A DNA stretch of 64,000 bases from an uncultured Actinomycetes bacterium. GTDB taxonomy: Bacteria > Actinomycetota > Thermoleophilia > UBA2241. The stretch is from positions 6,595 to 70,594 of the forward strand of contig CAWCWZ010000051.1 in assembly GCA_963799395.1 (NCBI GenBank). The letters run 5' to 3'. This document shows positions 19,870 to 28,931 of the stretch, piece after piece. Made by a program: the position numbers and the translations under genes. Positions within the stretch are counted from its first letter, which is position 1. The number at the start of each line of letters is the position of its first letter. A model generated the notes under the pieces. The model was given only the letters and a program-made list of their open reading frames with translations, was not told the DNA's origin and did no database searches.

Positions 19870-20733
19870 TCAGCCGGCCGGGATCAGCCGCTCGCGCCGC
19901 AGGTACGCAACGCTCGCCGACAGGCCTTCGGGCGTGAGCACCTCGATGATGGTGCTGACCCCGGACCGCCGAGCCGCCGCCAACACCGCGCCCGCGTCCA
20001 CCACGCCGCAGCCCAGGGCCAGGTGAGAGTCAACGCCGGTCGCGCCGTCCACCGGCCCCGCGTTGTCGTGCAGGTGCACGTGGCGGAGCTGCGCCTGCGG
20101 ATCGCGCAGGAACTCCGCGAGCGCCTCGCAAGCCGCGGCGTGCCCCGTGTCGAGCGCCAGGCCGAGCGCGCCAAGGTCGAGGTCGCCGGGGCGCGCGAAA
20201 TGGCTGTGGTCGGCACCCATCAGGTTCTCGAGCGCCACCTCCACGCCGTACTCGTCCTGAAGGGCCGCCAGCTCGACGATGCTCCGCTGGAGCGCATCGC
20301 GAACGGCGCCGCTGCGCACGATGGGTGTGAGGTCGTAGTCGGGGTGCAGCACGTAGACGGCGGCGCCGACATCTGCGGCCGCCTCGAGGTGGCGGCGGTG
20401 CACGGCGACCGCGGCCTTGCGGGCCGCCTCGGACGGGTGCCCCACGTCGGCGTTCTCCCAGGGGCCGTGCACGGTCAGCCGCAGGCCGCTCTGCACGACG
20501 GCCCGCCGGTTGGCCGCCCTGATCAGACTGTGGTTGTAGTCGCTGTAGACCTCGGCGAGCTCGGCGACGGATGCGATGTGGGCCAGAGCGGCCGCCAGCG
20601 GCTGGTCGAACCAGGCCGTGGCGGCGAGGCCGATGTCGGGGGGCAGGAGCACGCGGCGGCCTACCTCCGACTCACCTGGACGGCACCCGGGTCCTGGCCG
20701 AGCCTGCACCTCAGAAGGGGTACGTCTTGCCAC
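19870..20733 (-). CDS. sugar phosphate isomerase/epimerase (xylose isomerase-like TIM barrel, AP endonuclease 2 superfamily); possible CbiR-like cobamide-remodeling enzyme
   Basis: Intact 287-aa ORF with TIM-barrel metal-ligand pattern (VHGPWE...VLHPDY...ALENL...HVHLHDN). The CbiR suggestion rests on context (cobQ, DUF4430, corrinoid uptake genes) and on fold family only. Confidence 0.6.
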   Translation of the reverse strand: MARRTPSEVQARPGPGCRPGESEVGRRVLLPPDIGLAATAWFDQPLAAALAHIASVAELAEVYSDYNHSLIRAANRRAVVQSGLRLTVHGPWENADVGHPSEAARKAAVAVHRRHLEAAADVGAAVYVLHPDYDLTPIVRSGAVRDALQRSIVELAALQDEYGVEVALENLMGADHSHFARPGDLDLGALGLALDTGHAAACEALAEFLRDPQAQLRHVHLHDNAGPVDGATGVDSHLALGCGVVDAGAVLAAARRSGVSTIIEVLTPEGLSASVAYLRRERLIPAG

Positions 20734-22054
20734 TGAGCGCGACCACGACCTCCGACGTGGTCAGAAGCGGCATGGCAAGAGTCGTGCCGTAGTGGTAGAA
20801 GGCACCGGAGCTCGCCTGCAGCGAGAGCAGAAAGCTGATCGGCGTCTTGCCGCCCTTCTTCCACGCTCCACCGGCGGGGTTCTGCCCGACGGCGCGGATC
20901 GCCTGGACGGCCCATGCGGTCGACTCGGCGTTGGTCGTGCCGCCCATCCCGGAGGTAAAGCCCCCGTTGCTCATCTGCTGGCTGTGCAGATAGGAGAGGG
21001 CGCGCTCGATCGCGGTGTTCGAGGCGGAGATCCCGCCTGACCTCAGCGCCTCGACGGCCGCGGCCGTGTCATCGGGGTCCGGCGCCCCGCCGGGGGTGAA
21101 GGAGAACCCACCGTTCGACGCCTGCTGGCTGGTAAGCCAGGAAACCGACTTCGTGAGCTGCGAAGAGCTCTGCCCCGCCGCCCTGAGAGCGATCACCGCC
21201 CAGGTGGTGGTGGAGACGGCGGCGTAGGTGTCGCTCCCCCCCGGCGTCGTGGAGAAGACTCCGCTCTGGCTGTTCTCGTAGGCGAGGAGATGAGCCACGA
21301 GATCGATGTGTCCGCTGCCCGCCGTGCTTATCAGCGACGAGACCCCGGCGGCGTCATATGTGATGATCATCTTGGCGTAGAAGTTGGCGGGGTTGCTGGC
21401 CGTCCCGGAGCCGCCCGTGGCCACCTCGGTGATGTCCAGCGACTGCAGGTAGGCGATCGGGCCCTTACCCCCCGAGCGCCTGAACGTCGAGGGACTCTTG
21501 CCGGTAGCCGCGATAGCCTGAACCACCCAGGGCGTCGTGGTCGTCGTCTGCCCAGACGCGCCAAACCCTCCCGAGGTCAGCTGATTGGCGCGAAAATAGG
21601 AGACGGCCTTGCCGACCGAGCTGCGCACCTGCGAAGCCAGCGATGAGGAGCTGGAGGTCTTGGTCTTGGTCGGCTTGGGCTTCGGGGTGGACTTCTGGCT
21701 CGATGACTGCAGCGTTGAGGCCGCCGAACGGGGGGCCGACGGGGCCTGCACCGTACCGGCACCGGACTTGGCCGCCGGTTTCGTTGCCGCCGACTTCGTT
21801 GCCGCCGGCGTCGGCCCCGAAGCCGCCGACGCGGTCGCGCCCGGCGAAGGCGCCGCAGCATCCGCGAGGCTCGAGATCGCTGCCGCCGATGACGCGACCG
21901 GCGAAGAGGCCGCGGACGGCGACCCACCGCCCGACGACGACGAGCCCCTCCCGTTGACCAAGACAAAGACGCCGATCGCCACCACAAAGCCAACCACGAT
22001 GATCGCCGCGATGCTGCGCTGGACCGCTGCCATGTGTCGCGGACCACTGTTCAC
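20711..22054 (-). CDS. membrane-anchored prenyltransferase/squalene-cyclase-like alpha/alpha-toroid repeat protein
   Basis: N-terminal TM (IAAIIVVGFVVAIGVFVLV). A Ser/Ala/Pro/Thr-rich linker is followed by at least four QxxxGGF repeats (NQLTSGGFGA...PWVVQAIAATG; QQASNGGFSF...DTAAAVEALRS; QQMSNGGFTS...TAWAVQAIRAVG; LQASSGAFYH). Intact 447 aa. Confidence 0.7.
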   Translation of the reverse strand: MNSGPRHMAAVQRSIAAIIVVGFVVAIGVFVLVNGRGSSSSGGGSPSAASSPVASSAAAISSLADAAAPSPGATASAASGPTPAATKSAATKPAAKSGAGTVQAPSAPRSAASTLQSSSQKSTPKPKPTKTKTSSSSSLASQVRSSVGKAVSYFRANQLTSGGFGASGQTTTTTPWVVQAIAATGKSPSTFRRSGGKGPIAYLQSLDITEVATGGSGTASNPANFYAKMIITYDAAGVSSLISTAGSGHIDLVAHLLAYENSQSGVFSTTPGGSDTYAAVSTTTWAVIALRAAGQSSSQLTKSVSWLTSQQASNGGFSFTPGGAPDPDDTAAAVEALRSGGISASNTAIERALSYLHSQQMSNGGFTSGMGGTTNAESTAWAVQAIRAVGQNPAGGAWKKGGKTPISFLLSLQASSGAFYHYGTTLAMPLLTTSEVVVALSGKTYPF

Positions 22055-22250
22055 GCGAGCGCCTCCACCATCCCGAACGGACCTGAGCCGCCCGAGCCGT
22101 CACGCACCTCGGGCGCGGCCGACGGTCCCGTTGCGTGTACTATCGGCCGCGCGCCGAGTACTACGCCCTCACCCCCGCTGCCCGAACCGGCCACGAGCAG
22201 TGACGCAGCCCCCGCGCGCTGCATGGCCGTCGTGAGGACGCAGCGGACCA

Positions 22251-23309
22251 CTACTTCCCCTTGGGGATGACGATGGTCTGGACGGTCGTGCGGCCCCAGC
22301 CGTCCATGGCGGTGACCTTGACCCTGATGGACGTGGTCTTGGGCGCCGCGGGGCTCAGATGCAGCGTCAGCGTCTGCGCGCCGGCGGCTCGTGCCCCACT
22401 CCACTTCGCGAGGACCTTGGAGCCCTTGGTGACGGCGATGGTGACGGCCGAGCGTTCGCTCAGCTTGAAGTGCACCTTGACCGTCTTGGCGTTTGTGCGC
22501 CCTGCCGCAAGCGCGCCGAGAGCGGGCTTGGCGCCCACGTTGAGCAACACCGTCGCGGAGGGTGCGTAGACATCGGTGTCCATGGCCTTCTCAGACCAGA
22601 CGGCATACGTGCCCGACGCCAGGTCCTTGACCGCGAGCGTGGAGGCGGCACCCCCGTAGACCTGGCTGCCCACGTGAACGGTGGCGCCGTCGATGGCCGG
22701 GAACTGCGCCGGAGTCTGGATGTCGGTGGTCGAGAAGCGCGTTGCGTCGGCCTGGCTGTGGACATCGGCGAGGTTCGCCCCGACGGTGCTCACGGTGACG
22801 GTCTGACCGGGCGTAAAGCCATGCTTTGCCGTGCCCCCCGTGACTCTGGTCACAAGCAGGAACGCCGGCTTGCTGAACGTGGCGTCGGGGTTCTGGAACC
22901 ACAGGTAGCTGTCGCCGGCGACCGTCTGCAGGCTGCCCGCGCCGACAGGCGAAGCGTAGCCATTGACGGCGATCTCCCACCAATTGCTGTCGTCGCCGGC
23001 CATCGCGAGTCCGTCGATCGAGTTGACATACGGACCGGAGCCGCTGACGCTCATGTCCCAGGGCAGGCCACCCAACTGCAAGGCGGCCGCGGTGGCTCCC
23101 AGAGCGGTAGCGTTCGTCGTGGTGAATGAGGTGCCGTCGGTATCCACGATCTTGCCGCCGGCGGCGCTCTCGCTGACCGTCGTCCTGGGCAGCACCTGGA
23201 ATGTGGCCCCTTGCACACGCACGCTGCTCGACACGGCCAGCGCGGCAGGCGCGGCCACGAGAGCGATGGTCGCCACGGCGACCAGCACCAGAATGATCCT
23301 CTGCTTCAT
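22251..23309 (-). CDS. secreted DUF4430 (transcobalamin beta-domain-like) protein with C-terminal Ig-like region
   Basis: Signal peptide MKQRIILVLVAVATIALVAAPAALA. DUF4430-type core: VRVQGATFQVL...PYVNSIDGLAMAGDDSNWWEIAVNGYASPVGAGSLQTVAGDSYLWFQ. Intact; ORF-track N-terminal extension discounted. Confidence 0.7.
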   Translation of the reverse strand: MKQRIILVLVAVATIALVAAPAALAVSSSVRVQGATFQVLPRTTVSESAAGGKIVDTDGTSFTTTNATALGATAAALQLGGLPWDMSVSGSGPYVNSIDGLAMAGDDSNWWEIAVNGYASPVGAGSLQTVAGDSYLWFQNPDATFSKPAFLLVTRVTGGTAKHGFTPGQTVTVSTVGANLADVHSQADATRFSTTDIQTPAQFPAIDGATVHVGSQVYGGAASTLAVKDLASGTYAVWSEKAMDTDVYAPSATVLLNVGAKPALGALAAGRTNAKTVKVHFKLSERSAVTIAVTKGSKVLAKWSGARAAGAQTLTLHLSPAAPKTTSIRVKVTAMDGWGRTTVQTIVIPKGK

Positions 23310-23537
23310 GTGAGCTCCTTTCGTGAAACGGACCCCTGAGTCTACGTCGAACACAACTGCGGTCGTCGAACTGATACTGCGTATCATATACTGCAGTGGT
23401 CTAGTGTTGGCTAGAGCAAGCATGCCGACGTAGCTGTGAGGGTCCCCACACGTGACCGTGGAGAGTCAGCTGGGTCGCGCCGAACCTCGGCGGTGGGCCT
23501 TGAGACGGCTGACGTTGACACCTTCGACGGTGCCACT

Positions 23538-24503
23538 GTGACGCGCATCGCGTTTGCGCACAGATCGTCTGCGACCTCGCGGCCGCACATCACAGCCGCG
23601 ATCGTCGTGCTCGTGCTCCTGCTGGCCGTCGGAGTCGCGGGCTGTGCCGGAGTGCGGGGCAAGTGCACACCAGCGGCCAAGGGGCACGTGCCCGGCGCCG
23701 GCGAGGTGCGACTCATCGTCTCGGAGCACTTCGGCACCACCGTCATGCTCGACGAAGTCGTGCCCTGGAAACAGGAGCTCAACGTGATGACCCTTCTGGC
23801 CGCACACGCTCGCGTCGACACCGAGTACGGTGGCGGGTTCGTGAGCGCCATCAACGGTGTCAAGTCGACCTTTGGCGGCGTCTCGTCGACGCAGGCCGCC
23901 GACTGGTTCTACTGGGTCGACGGGATCATGGCCGGTGTCGGGGCCGCCGACTACCGGCTTCACGGCGGCGAGACCGTCTGGTGGGACTTCCATCAGTGGG
24001 TCGACGCGATGTCGATCCCGGCGACGCTCTCCGCCTTCCCAGCGCCGTGGAAGGGCCGTCCCCTGGAAGTCGCCACCAACGAGGCGTGGCCTGGGCTTCA
24101 GCAGTGGACGCAGGCGTCGGGGTTGACCCTGGGCCAGACGAGCTCCCTGGCCACAGGCGCTCCCGCCGGCGGCCTCATCGTCGCGACACCGCAGGAGGTC
24201 ACCACCACGAGGTGGCTCAGCCAGCTTCTCGACAGTGGCGACGGCGTGCAGATGGTAAATCTGAAGGGAGGAGGGATCTCGCTGCTCTCACCCGCTGGTG
24301 CTCAGGGACCTCCTGCGGACGCGGTCGCTTTGGCTCTGCCCGATACCAACAACGGCAACCGCCCCTTCTTGGTCGTGCTGGCCGATTCGACCTCAGCTGC
24401 GCAGCGCATGTTCATACTCCTCACGCCCAACGCCCTCGCGGGCCACGTGGCTGTGGCGTTGGTCAACGGCTCCCTTGTCACGCTGCCCTGGCACGCCCAG
24501 TGA
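23538..24503 (+). CDS. DUF4430 (transcobalamin beta-domain-like) lipoprotein
   Basis: Lipobox LLLAVGVAGC. DUF4430 core: GEVRLIVSEHFGTTVMLDEVVPW...GGGFVSAINGVKSTFGG...DWFYWVDGIMAGVGAADYRLHGGETVWWDFHQW. GTG start ~23538 (track ORF starts earlier at 23436). Confidence 0.7.
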   Translation: MTRIAFAHRSSATSRPHITAAIVVLVLLLAVGVAGCAGVRGKCTPAAKGHVPGAGEVRLIVSEHFGTTVMLDEVVPWKQELNVMTLLAAHARVDTEYGGGFVSAINGVKSTFGGVSSTQAADWFYWVDGIMAGVGAADYRLHGGETVWWDFHQWVDAMSIPATLSAFPAPWKGRPLEVATNEAWPGLQQWTQASGLTLGQTSSLATGAPAGGLIVATPQEVTTTRWLSQLLDSGDGVQMVNLKGGGISLLSPAGAQGPPADAVALALPDTNNGNRPFLVVLADSTSAAQRMFILLTPNALAGHVAVALVNGSLVTLPWHAQ

Positions 24504-25509
24504 ACGCGCCAGCCGCGAACGATCTCAGCAAGCCGCCGGCCACTGCCGCCTCGTCTGGGAGTCGCGTGCCGGCCTTCCGCGTGGCGCCGGCGATGCCGAG
24601 ACCGACCTCCAAGCGGCGACTCGAGCCGCGTCGCCGCGGCCTTGCGCGCCGCCAGCCCGTCGCCATCGTCGCCTACGTGGGCGCGCTCACCCTCGCCGCC
24701 CTGGTGCTCGTCAATCCCCTGCAGGTCACGGCGCTACTGGCGCTCTGCCTCGTCGTCCTGGTCGCCGCCGGGCGCGGCCGGGCGGCCTGGCCCTATCTCA
24801 AGACGGCTCTCTACATCGGTGGTTTCCTGGCCATCGTCAACCCGCTGATCAGCCGCAGCGGCAGCACCGTGCTCTGGCAGCTCCAGCTTGGCCCCTTCGA
24901 CGTGCCGATCACCATCCAGGGAATCGCCTACGGTGTGACGACGGCGCTGCGCATCATCGCCGTGATCACGGCCTTCGCCCTCTTCTCCTCGTCCTCGACC
25001 CCGACGACCAGCTCGGCCTCATGAGCCGGCTGTCGTTTCGCACCGGTCTTGTGATCTCGTTGGCCTCCCGGCTCTTGCCGGTGTTCTCGCGCGACGCGGC
25101 GCGCATCTCCAATGCCCAGCGCGCTCGCGGGGTAGAGCTCGACGCCGGCCGTCGACGCGCCCGCGTCGCGGCGCGCGTACCTTTGCTGGCCGCGCTCCTC
25201 GCTCAGAGCCTCGAGCGGGCCGTCGACGTCGCCGCCTCCATGGAGGCACGCGGCTTCGGCGCCCGCGACCGTTCGCACTGGTCGCACGGGCGGCGCTGGA
25301 GAACTGCCGACCTGGTCACCACGGCGGCGGCTCTGCTTGGCGCGGCGGCGCTGCTCGGGGGCCTCTTCGCCGGGGCCTTCTCGTACAACTTCTATCCCTT
25401 GCTGGACGACCCCTGGAGCCAGCTCGCCGGCATCTGGTGGCTGCTCGCCTTCGCGGCGCTCATCGTTCCCGCACTCTGGACCCTGCCGTGGCGACGCTCG
25501 CGCGACTGA
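24500..25509 (+). CDS. ecfT: ECF transporter T component (EcfT/CbrU-like); apparent frameshift near 24990
   Basis: First segment ALYIGGFLAIVNPLISRSGSTVLWQLQLGPFDVPITIQGIAYGVTTALRIIAVITAFALFS is in the frame of ORF 23663..25024. Second segment RLSFRTGLVISLASRLLPVFSRDAARISNAQRARGVEL... is in the frame of ORF 24298..25509. GTG start overlaps the upstream TGA (GTGA). Confidence 0.75.
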
Positions 25510-27161
25510 CCGACGTCACCTACTGGTACCCCGGACGCGAGAGGCCGGCTCTCCGCGACGTCTCGCTACGGATCGGTCCAGCCGAGGTGATCCTCGTGGT
25601 CGGCTCCTCGGGCAGCGGCAAGTCGACCTTGTTGCGCTGCCTGAACGGTCTCGTGCCGCACTTCCACGGCGGCACCCTCGCCGGGCACGTGGAGGTCGAC
25701 GGCAGGGACACGCGCACGTCACACACACACGAGCTGGCCCATGCCGTCGGTCTCGTCTTCCAGGATCCCGAGAGCCAGTCGGTGATGACCACAGTCGAGC
25801 GTGAGATCGCCTTTGGCCTCGAGAACAGGGGGGTGCCGAGCGCTGCGATCAGCCGCCTCGTCGAAGAGGCGCTTATTCTCCTCAGCCTGTCGCACCTGCG
25901 ACACGCCTCGCTCTCGACACTTTCGGGTGGAGAGCTGCAGAAGGTCGCTCTGGCCGCGGTCGTGGCCACCCAGCCGCAACTGCTGCTCCTGGACGAGCCG
26001 ACTTCGCAGCTCGACCCCGTGAGCTCCGAGGAGCTGCTCGCCGCCATCAGGCGACTCGCGGAGGACACGGGCTCGACCATCATCCTCGCCGAGCATCGCA
26101 CGGAGCGCTGCCTGCACCTGGTCACCCGCGTGCTATATATGGATGACGGCGTTCTGGCAGAAGACGCCGATCCGCAGGACTTCGCGGACTGGGCGCTGGA
26201 CGGACACCGCGGCTTGCTGCCGCCGGTCGCTCGCCTCTTCGCCCGCAGGACCAGCGACCGCTCGGCCGGCGCCGGCGACCCGGATCTGCCGATGACGGTC
26301 AAGGACGCTCGCCGTTTGCTTGTGACCCACGAAGACCCGCAGCCGCGTCGCAGCCCGGCCACGTCATGGAAACCCTCCGGCGGCATCGTCCTCGAAGCGC
26401 GCAAGCTGGCGATCGGCTACGACCCCGACGAGCCGCTGCTCGAGGGCTTGAGCTTCGGTCTGGCGCGCGGCGAGGCAGTGGCCCTCATGGGCGAGAACGG
26501 CGTGGGCAAGTCGACGCTGATCCGTCACTTCATCGGCTTGGCGCGGCCGCTGGCCGGCAAGGTCGTGCTGCTCGACCGCGACGTCTCCGAGATCACCGTG
26601 GCGGCGGCGGCACGTGACTGCGCCCTCATGGGTCAGAACCCGAACGACCTGTTCGTGAAGGACACTGTGGCCGAGGAGATCGCCTTCACGCTCGACGCAC
26701 TGGGTATCACCGGCGAGCGGCACGACTCCCTGACGGCCAAGATCGTCGCCGAGCTTGATCTGGAAGCTCTCCTGCAGCGGAACCCACGCGACCTGTCGGG
26801 CGGCGAGCGCACGCGGGTCGCGCTCGCCGCCACCGTCTGCGGAGACCCCACCATGGTCGTGCTCGACGAGCCCACGAGAGGCATGGACGCACGGCACAAG
26901 GCCGAGCTTGCCGCGACGATACGCCGCTGGGTCAGTGCGGGCCGCTGCGTCGTGCTCGTCACGCACGACGTGGAGTTCGCGGCGAGCGTCGTCGAGCGGG
27001 TGATCGTGCTCGGCGACCGCGGCCTGCTGGCCGACGGGCCCGTGGCCGACGTGCTCGACGGGTCGCTGTTCTTCTCGACGCAGATCAACCGTCTGTTCCG
27101 CCGCGTGCTTCCCGGCATCCTGCGCGAGGACGAGATCCAATGGGGAGAGGGAGCCTCGTGA
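25488..27161 (+). CDS. ecfA: fused duplicated ECF transporter ATPase (EcfA-EcfA', CbrV-like)
   Basis: Intact 574-aa ORF with two complete ABC cassettes (GSSGSGKSTLL / LSGGELQKVALA / LLLLDEP and GENGVGKSTLI / LSGGERTRVALA / MVVLDEP). Confidence 0.9.
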   Translation: MATLARLTDVTYWYPGRERPALRDVSLRIGPAEVILVVGSSGSGKSTLLRCLNGLVPHFHGGTLAGHVEVDGRDTRTSHTHELAHAVGLVFQDPESQSVMTTVEREIAFGLENRGVPSAAISRLVEEALILLSLSHLRHASLSTLSGGELQKVALAAVVATQPQLLLLDEPTSQLDPVSSEELLAAIRRLAEDTGSTIILAEHRTERCLHLVTRVLYMDDGVLAEDADPQDFADWALDGHRGLLPPVARLFARRTSDRSAGAGDPDLPMTVKDARRLLVTHEDPQPRRSPATSWKPSGGIVLEARKLAIGYDPDEPLLEGLSFGLARGEAVALMGENGVGKSTLIRHFIGLARPLAGKVVLLDRDVSEITVAAAARDCALMGQNPNDLFVKDTVAEEIAFTLDALGITGERHDSLTAKIVAELDLEALLQRNPRDLSGGERTRVALAATVCGDPTMVVLDEPTRGMDARHKAELAATIRRWVSAGRCVVLVTHDVEFAASVVERVIVLGDRGLLADGPVADVLDGSLFFSTQINRLFRRVLPGILREDEIQWGEGAS

Positions 27162-27961
27162 GCCCGCAAGAGCCCAAGGCTCTGCCTGGTCGCCTGCGGC
27201 GCGATCTCGTCGCCTGGCTGCTGCTGGCCGTTCTCGGTGTCGTCGCGCTGGTGGCGGCAGGCTATGCCGTCCTCGACCCCGGCGCCGTCAACTGGGGCTT
27301 CCTCAGTCTCGTACTCATCGCCGCCGTCGTCGGCTTCGCACTGGTCGCCTATGGCCTGCGCGATTCGAGCGCCAGCGAGCTGTCGCTGATCGCCGCCCTG
27401 GCGGCCCTGGCCACGGCCGGTCGTGTGCTCTTCGCCTCACTGCCCAACTTCAAGCCGGTGACCTTCATCGTTCTCGTCTCCGGCGTCGCTCTGGGGCCGG
27501 CTCCGGGCTTCATGGTGGGCGCGACGACGGCCGTGGTCTCCAACCTGTTCTTCGGTCAGGGGCCGTGGACGCCCTGGCAGATGCTCGCCTGGGGACTGGT
27601 CGGCGTAGTGGGCGGGCTCATGGGCATCAAGGGCAGGCGGCCCCGGCGCTGGGAGCTGGTGCTGGTCGGAGCGGCGCTGTCCGTCGGCTTCGACTGGTTC
27701 GTGACCCTCTGGATGTATCTCTCCTACACTCCGCACACCTGGCCCGCGCTCGTCGCGCTCTACGGCCAGGGCCTGCCTTTCGACGTGTCGCACCTGAGCG
27801 CCACGGCCATACTGGCGGCGCTGTTCGGTCCCCGGGCGATCGCCATCATCGCGCGTTTCCGCGCCCGGACGAGCGTGAGGTTCCTGCCGGCGTCACCAGC
27901 GCGCCGTGCACTGCCCAGCCTTGACGGTCCGCAGCGATTCGACAATGCTTCTCAGCCATGA
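27140..27961 (+). CDS. ECF transporter substrate-specific (S) component (CbrT-like candidate)
   Basis: Intact 273-aa protein with 6 predicted TMs. Overlaps the ecfA stop. Family assignment within S-components is not possible by eye. Confidence 0.65.
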   Translation: MGRGSLVSPQEPKALPGRLRRDLVAWLLLAVLGVVALVAAGYAVLDPGAVNWGFLSLVLIAAVVGFALVAYGLRDSSASELSLIAALAALATAGRVLFASLPNFKPVTFIVLVSGVALGPAPGFMVGATTAVVSNLFFGQGPWTPWQMLAWGLVGVVGGLMGIKGRRPRRWELVLVGAALSVGFDWFVTLWMYLSYTPHTWPALVALYGQGLPFDVSHLSATAILAALFGPRAIAIIARFRARTSVRFLPASPARRALPSLDGPQRFDNASQP

Positions 27962-28414
27962 AGGTCCAAAACCCACACCAGTCCTCGATCGACGAGGTCT
28001 TCGCCGCCCGCGGCATCCCGCTCACACGGCAGCGCCGCGCCATCTGGCAGTACTTCGCGTCGGCCGGCCGGGCGAGCACCGTCCCGGAGGCCGCGGAGGC
28101 TCTCCGCACGCAGGGCATCGGCCAGGCGACCGTCTACCGTGCGGTCGGCTTGCTCGACGGAGCTTGGCCTGCTGCTCAGCGTCCACGTCGGCGAAGGGCG
28201 CCCCTGTTATGCGGCGCCACCGGTCGGTCACAGTCATCCGCTCATCTGTGGAGTCTGCCGCAGGATCGTCGATTTCGACGGTGATGGGGACCTCCGCTAC
28301 CTCGAGAAACAGCTCGAGACCACGACGGGGTTTGCCATCTACGGCCATCATCTGGAGGTCTACGGCATCTGCCCTGACTGCAGACGAGAGCAACGCGAGG
28401 CCATGCCCTCCTAG
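27958..28414 (+). CDS. Fur-family transcriptional regulator (Zur/PerR-like); apparent frameshift near 28150
   Basis: N-terminal part MKVQNPHQSSIDEVFAARGIPLTRQRRAIWQYFASAGRASTVPEAAEALRTQGIGQATVYRAVGLLD is in ORF 27958..28284. C-terminal part VGHSHPLICGVCRRIVDFDG...YGHHLEVYGICPDCR is in ORF 28139..28414. ATG overlaps the S-component TGA (ATGA). Confidence 0.7.
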
Positions 28415-28559
28415 CCGCTGTGCCAGAACGCCGGCTCCTTCTCGATCGAGCCGCGGCCGGCCTGCGTGTTCTCGATCACGGTTCATCTCGCGACGCGATC
28501 CGGTGAGCGCGCCGCAGAGCCGGGCCTAGAGTCGCTGAGGCTTCAGGATCGGGCGGGCG

Positions 28560-28757
28560 CTACGCCTTCACGGCGACCAGCGAGACACCGAGCGTGTCCT
28601 CGAGCTCCTTGATCTTGGCGACCTGGCCGCCGTCGATGGCAGCCGGCTCCGCCGCATGGCAGGCGAAGGCGAGCACTGGGACCCCCAGGTCCTTCTCAAG
28701 CGCCCCGATCTTCTCCAGCTGCTGCTGGTCGAGCTTGGTCGCAAGGCTGCACAGCAT
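28560..28757 (-). CDS. small hypothetical protein
   Basis: MLCSLATKLDQQQLEKIGALEKDLGVPVLAFACHAAEPAAIDGGQVAKIKELEDTLGVSLVAVKA. Non-biased composition. Lies downstream of the HTH gene in the cobO transcript direction. Confidence 0.35.
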   Translation of the reverse strand: MLCSLATKLDQQQLEKIGALEKDLGVPVLAFACHAAEPAAIDGGQVAKIKELEDTLGVSLVAVKA

Positions 28758-28931
28758 GGTCGTGGCTCGTTTCGGCGATGGCAACCGATCGTCGGCCACC
28801 TTCCCGCCTGGACCGCAAAGTAAGCGCGGTGACGCGACCAAACGCCGGCACTTGCATCCGACGCCGCCGCGCCCAGCGATCTACCGCAAGCGATATCCGG
28901 TGCGCGGGCCGGTCAGCCGCTCGCGGGCGGG

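Noticed and set aside
23440-23540. Possible cobalamin riboswitch upstream of the DUF4430 lipoprotein (contains GGTGCCACTG)
   Set aside because: Only the GCCACUG heptamer is present. There is no CCCGCAACUGU block, no GGGAAGG and no B12 box, and the heptamer sits 7 nt from the start codon. Unlike the cobO leader, it is not a riboswitch by eye.
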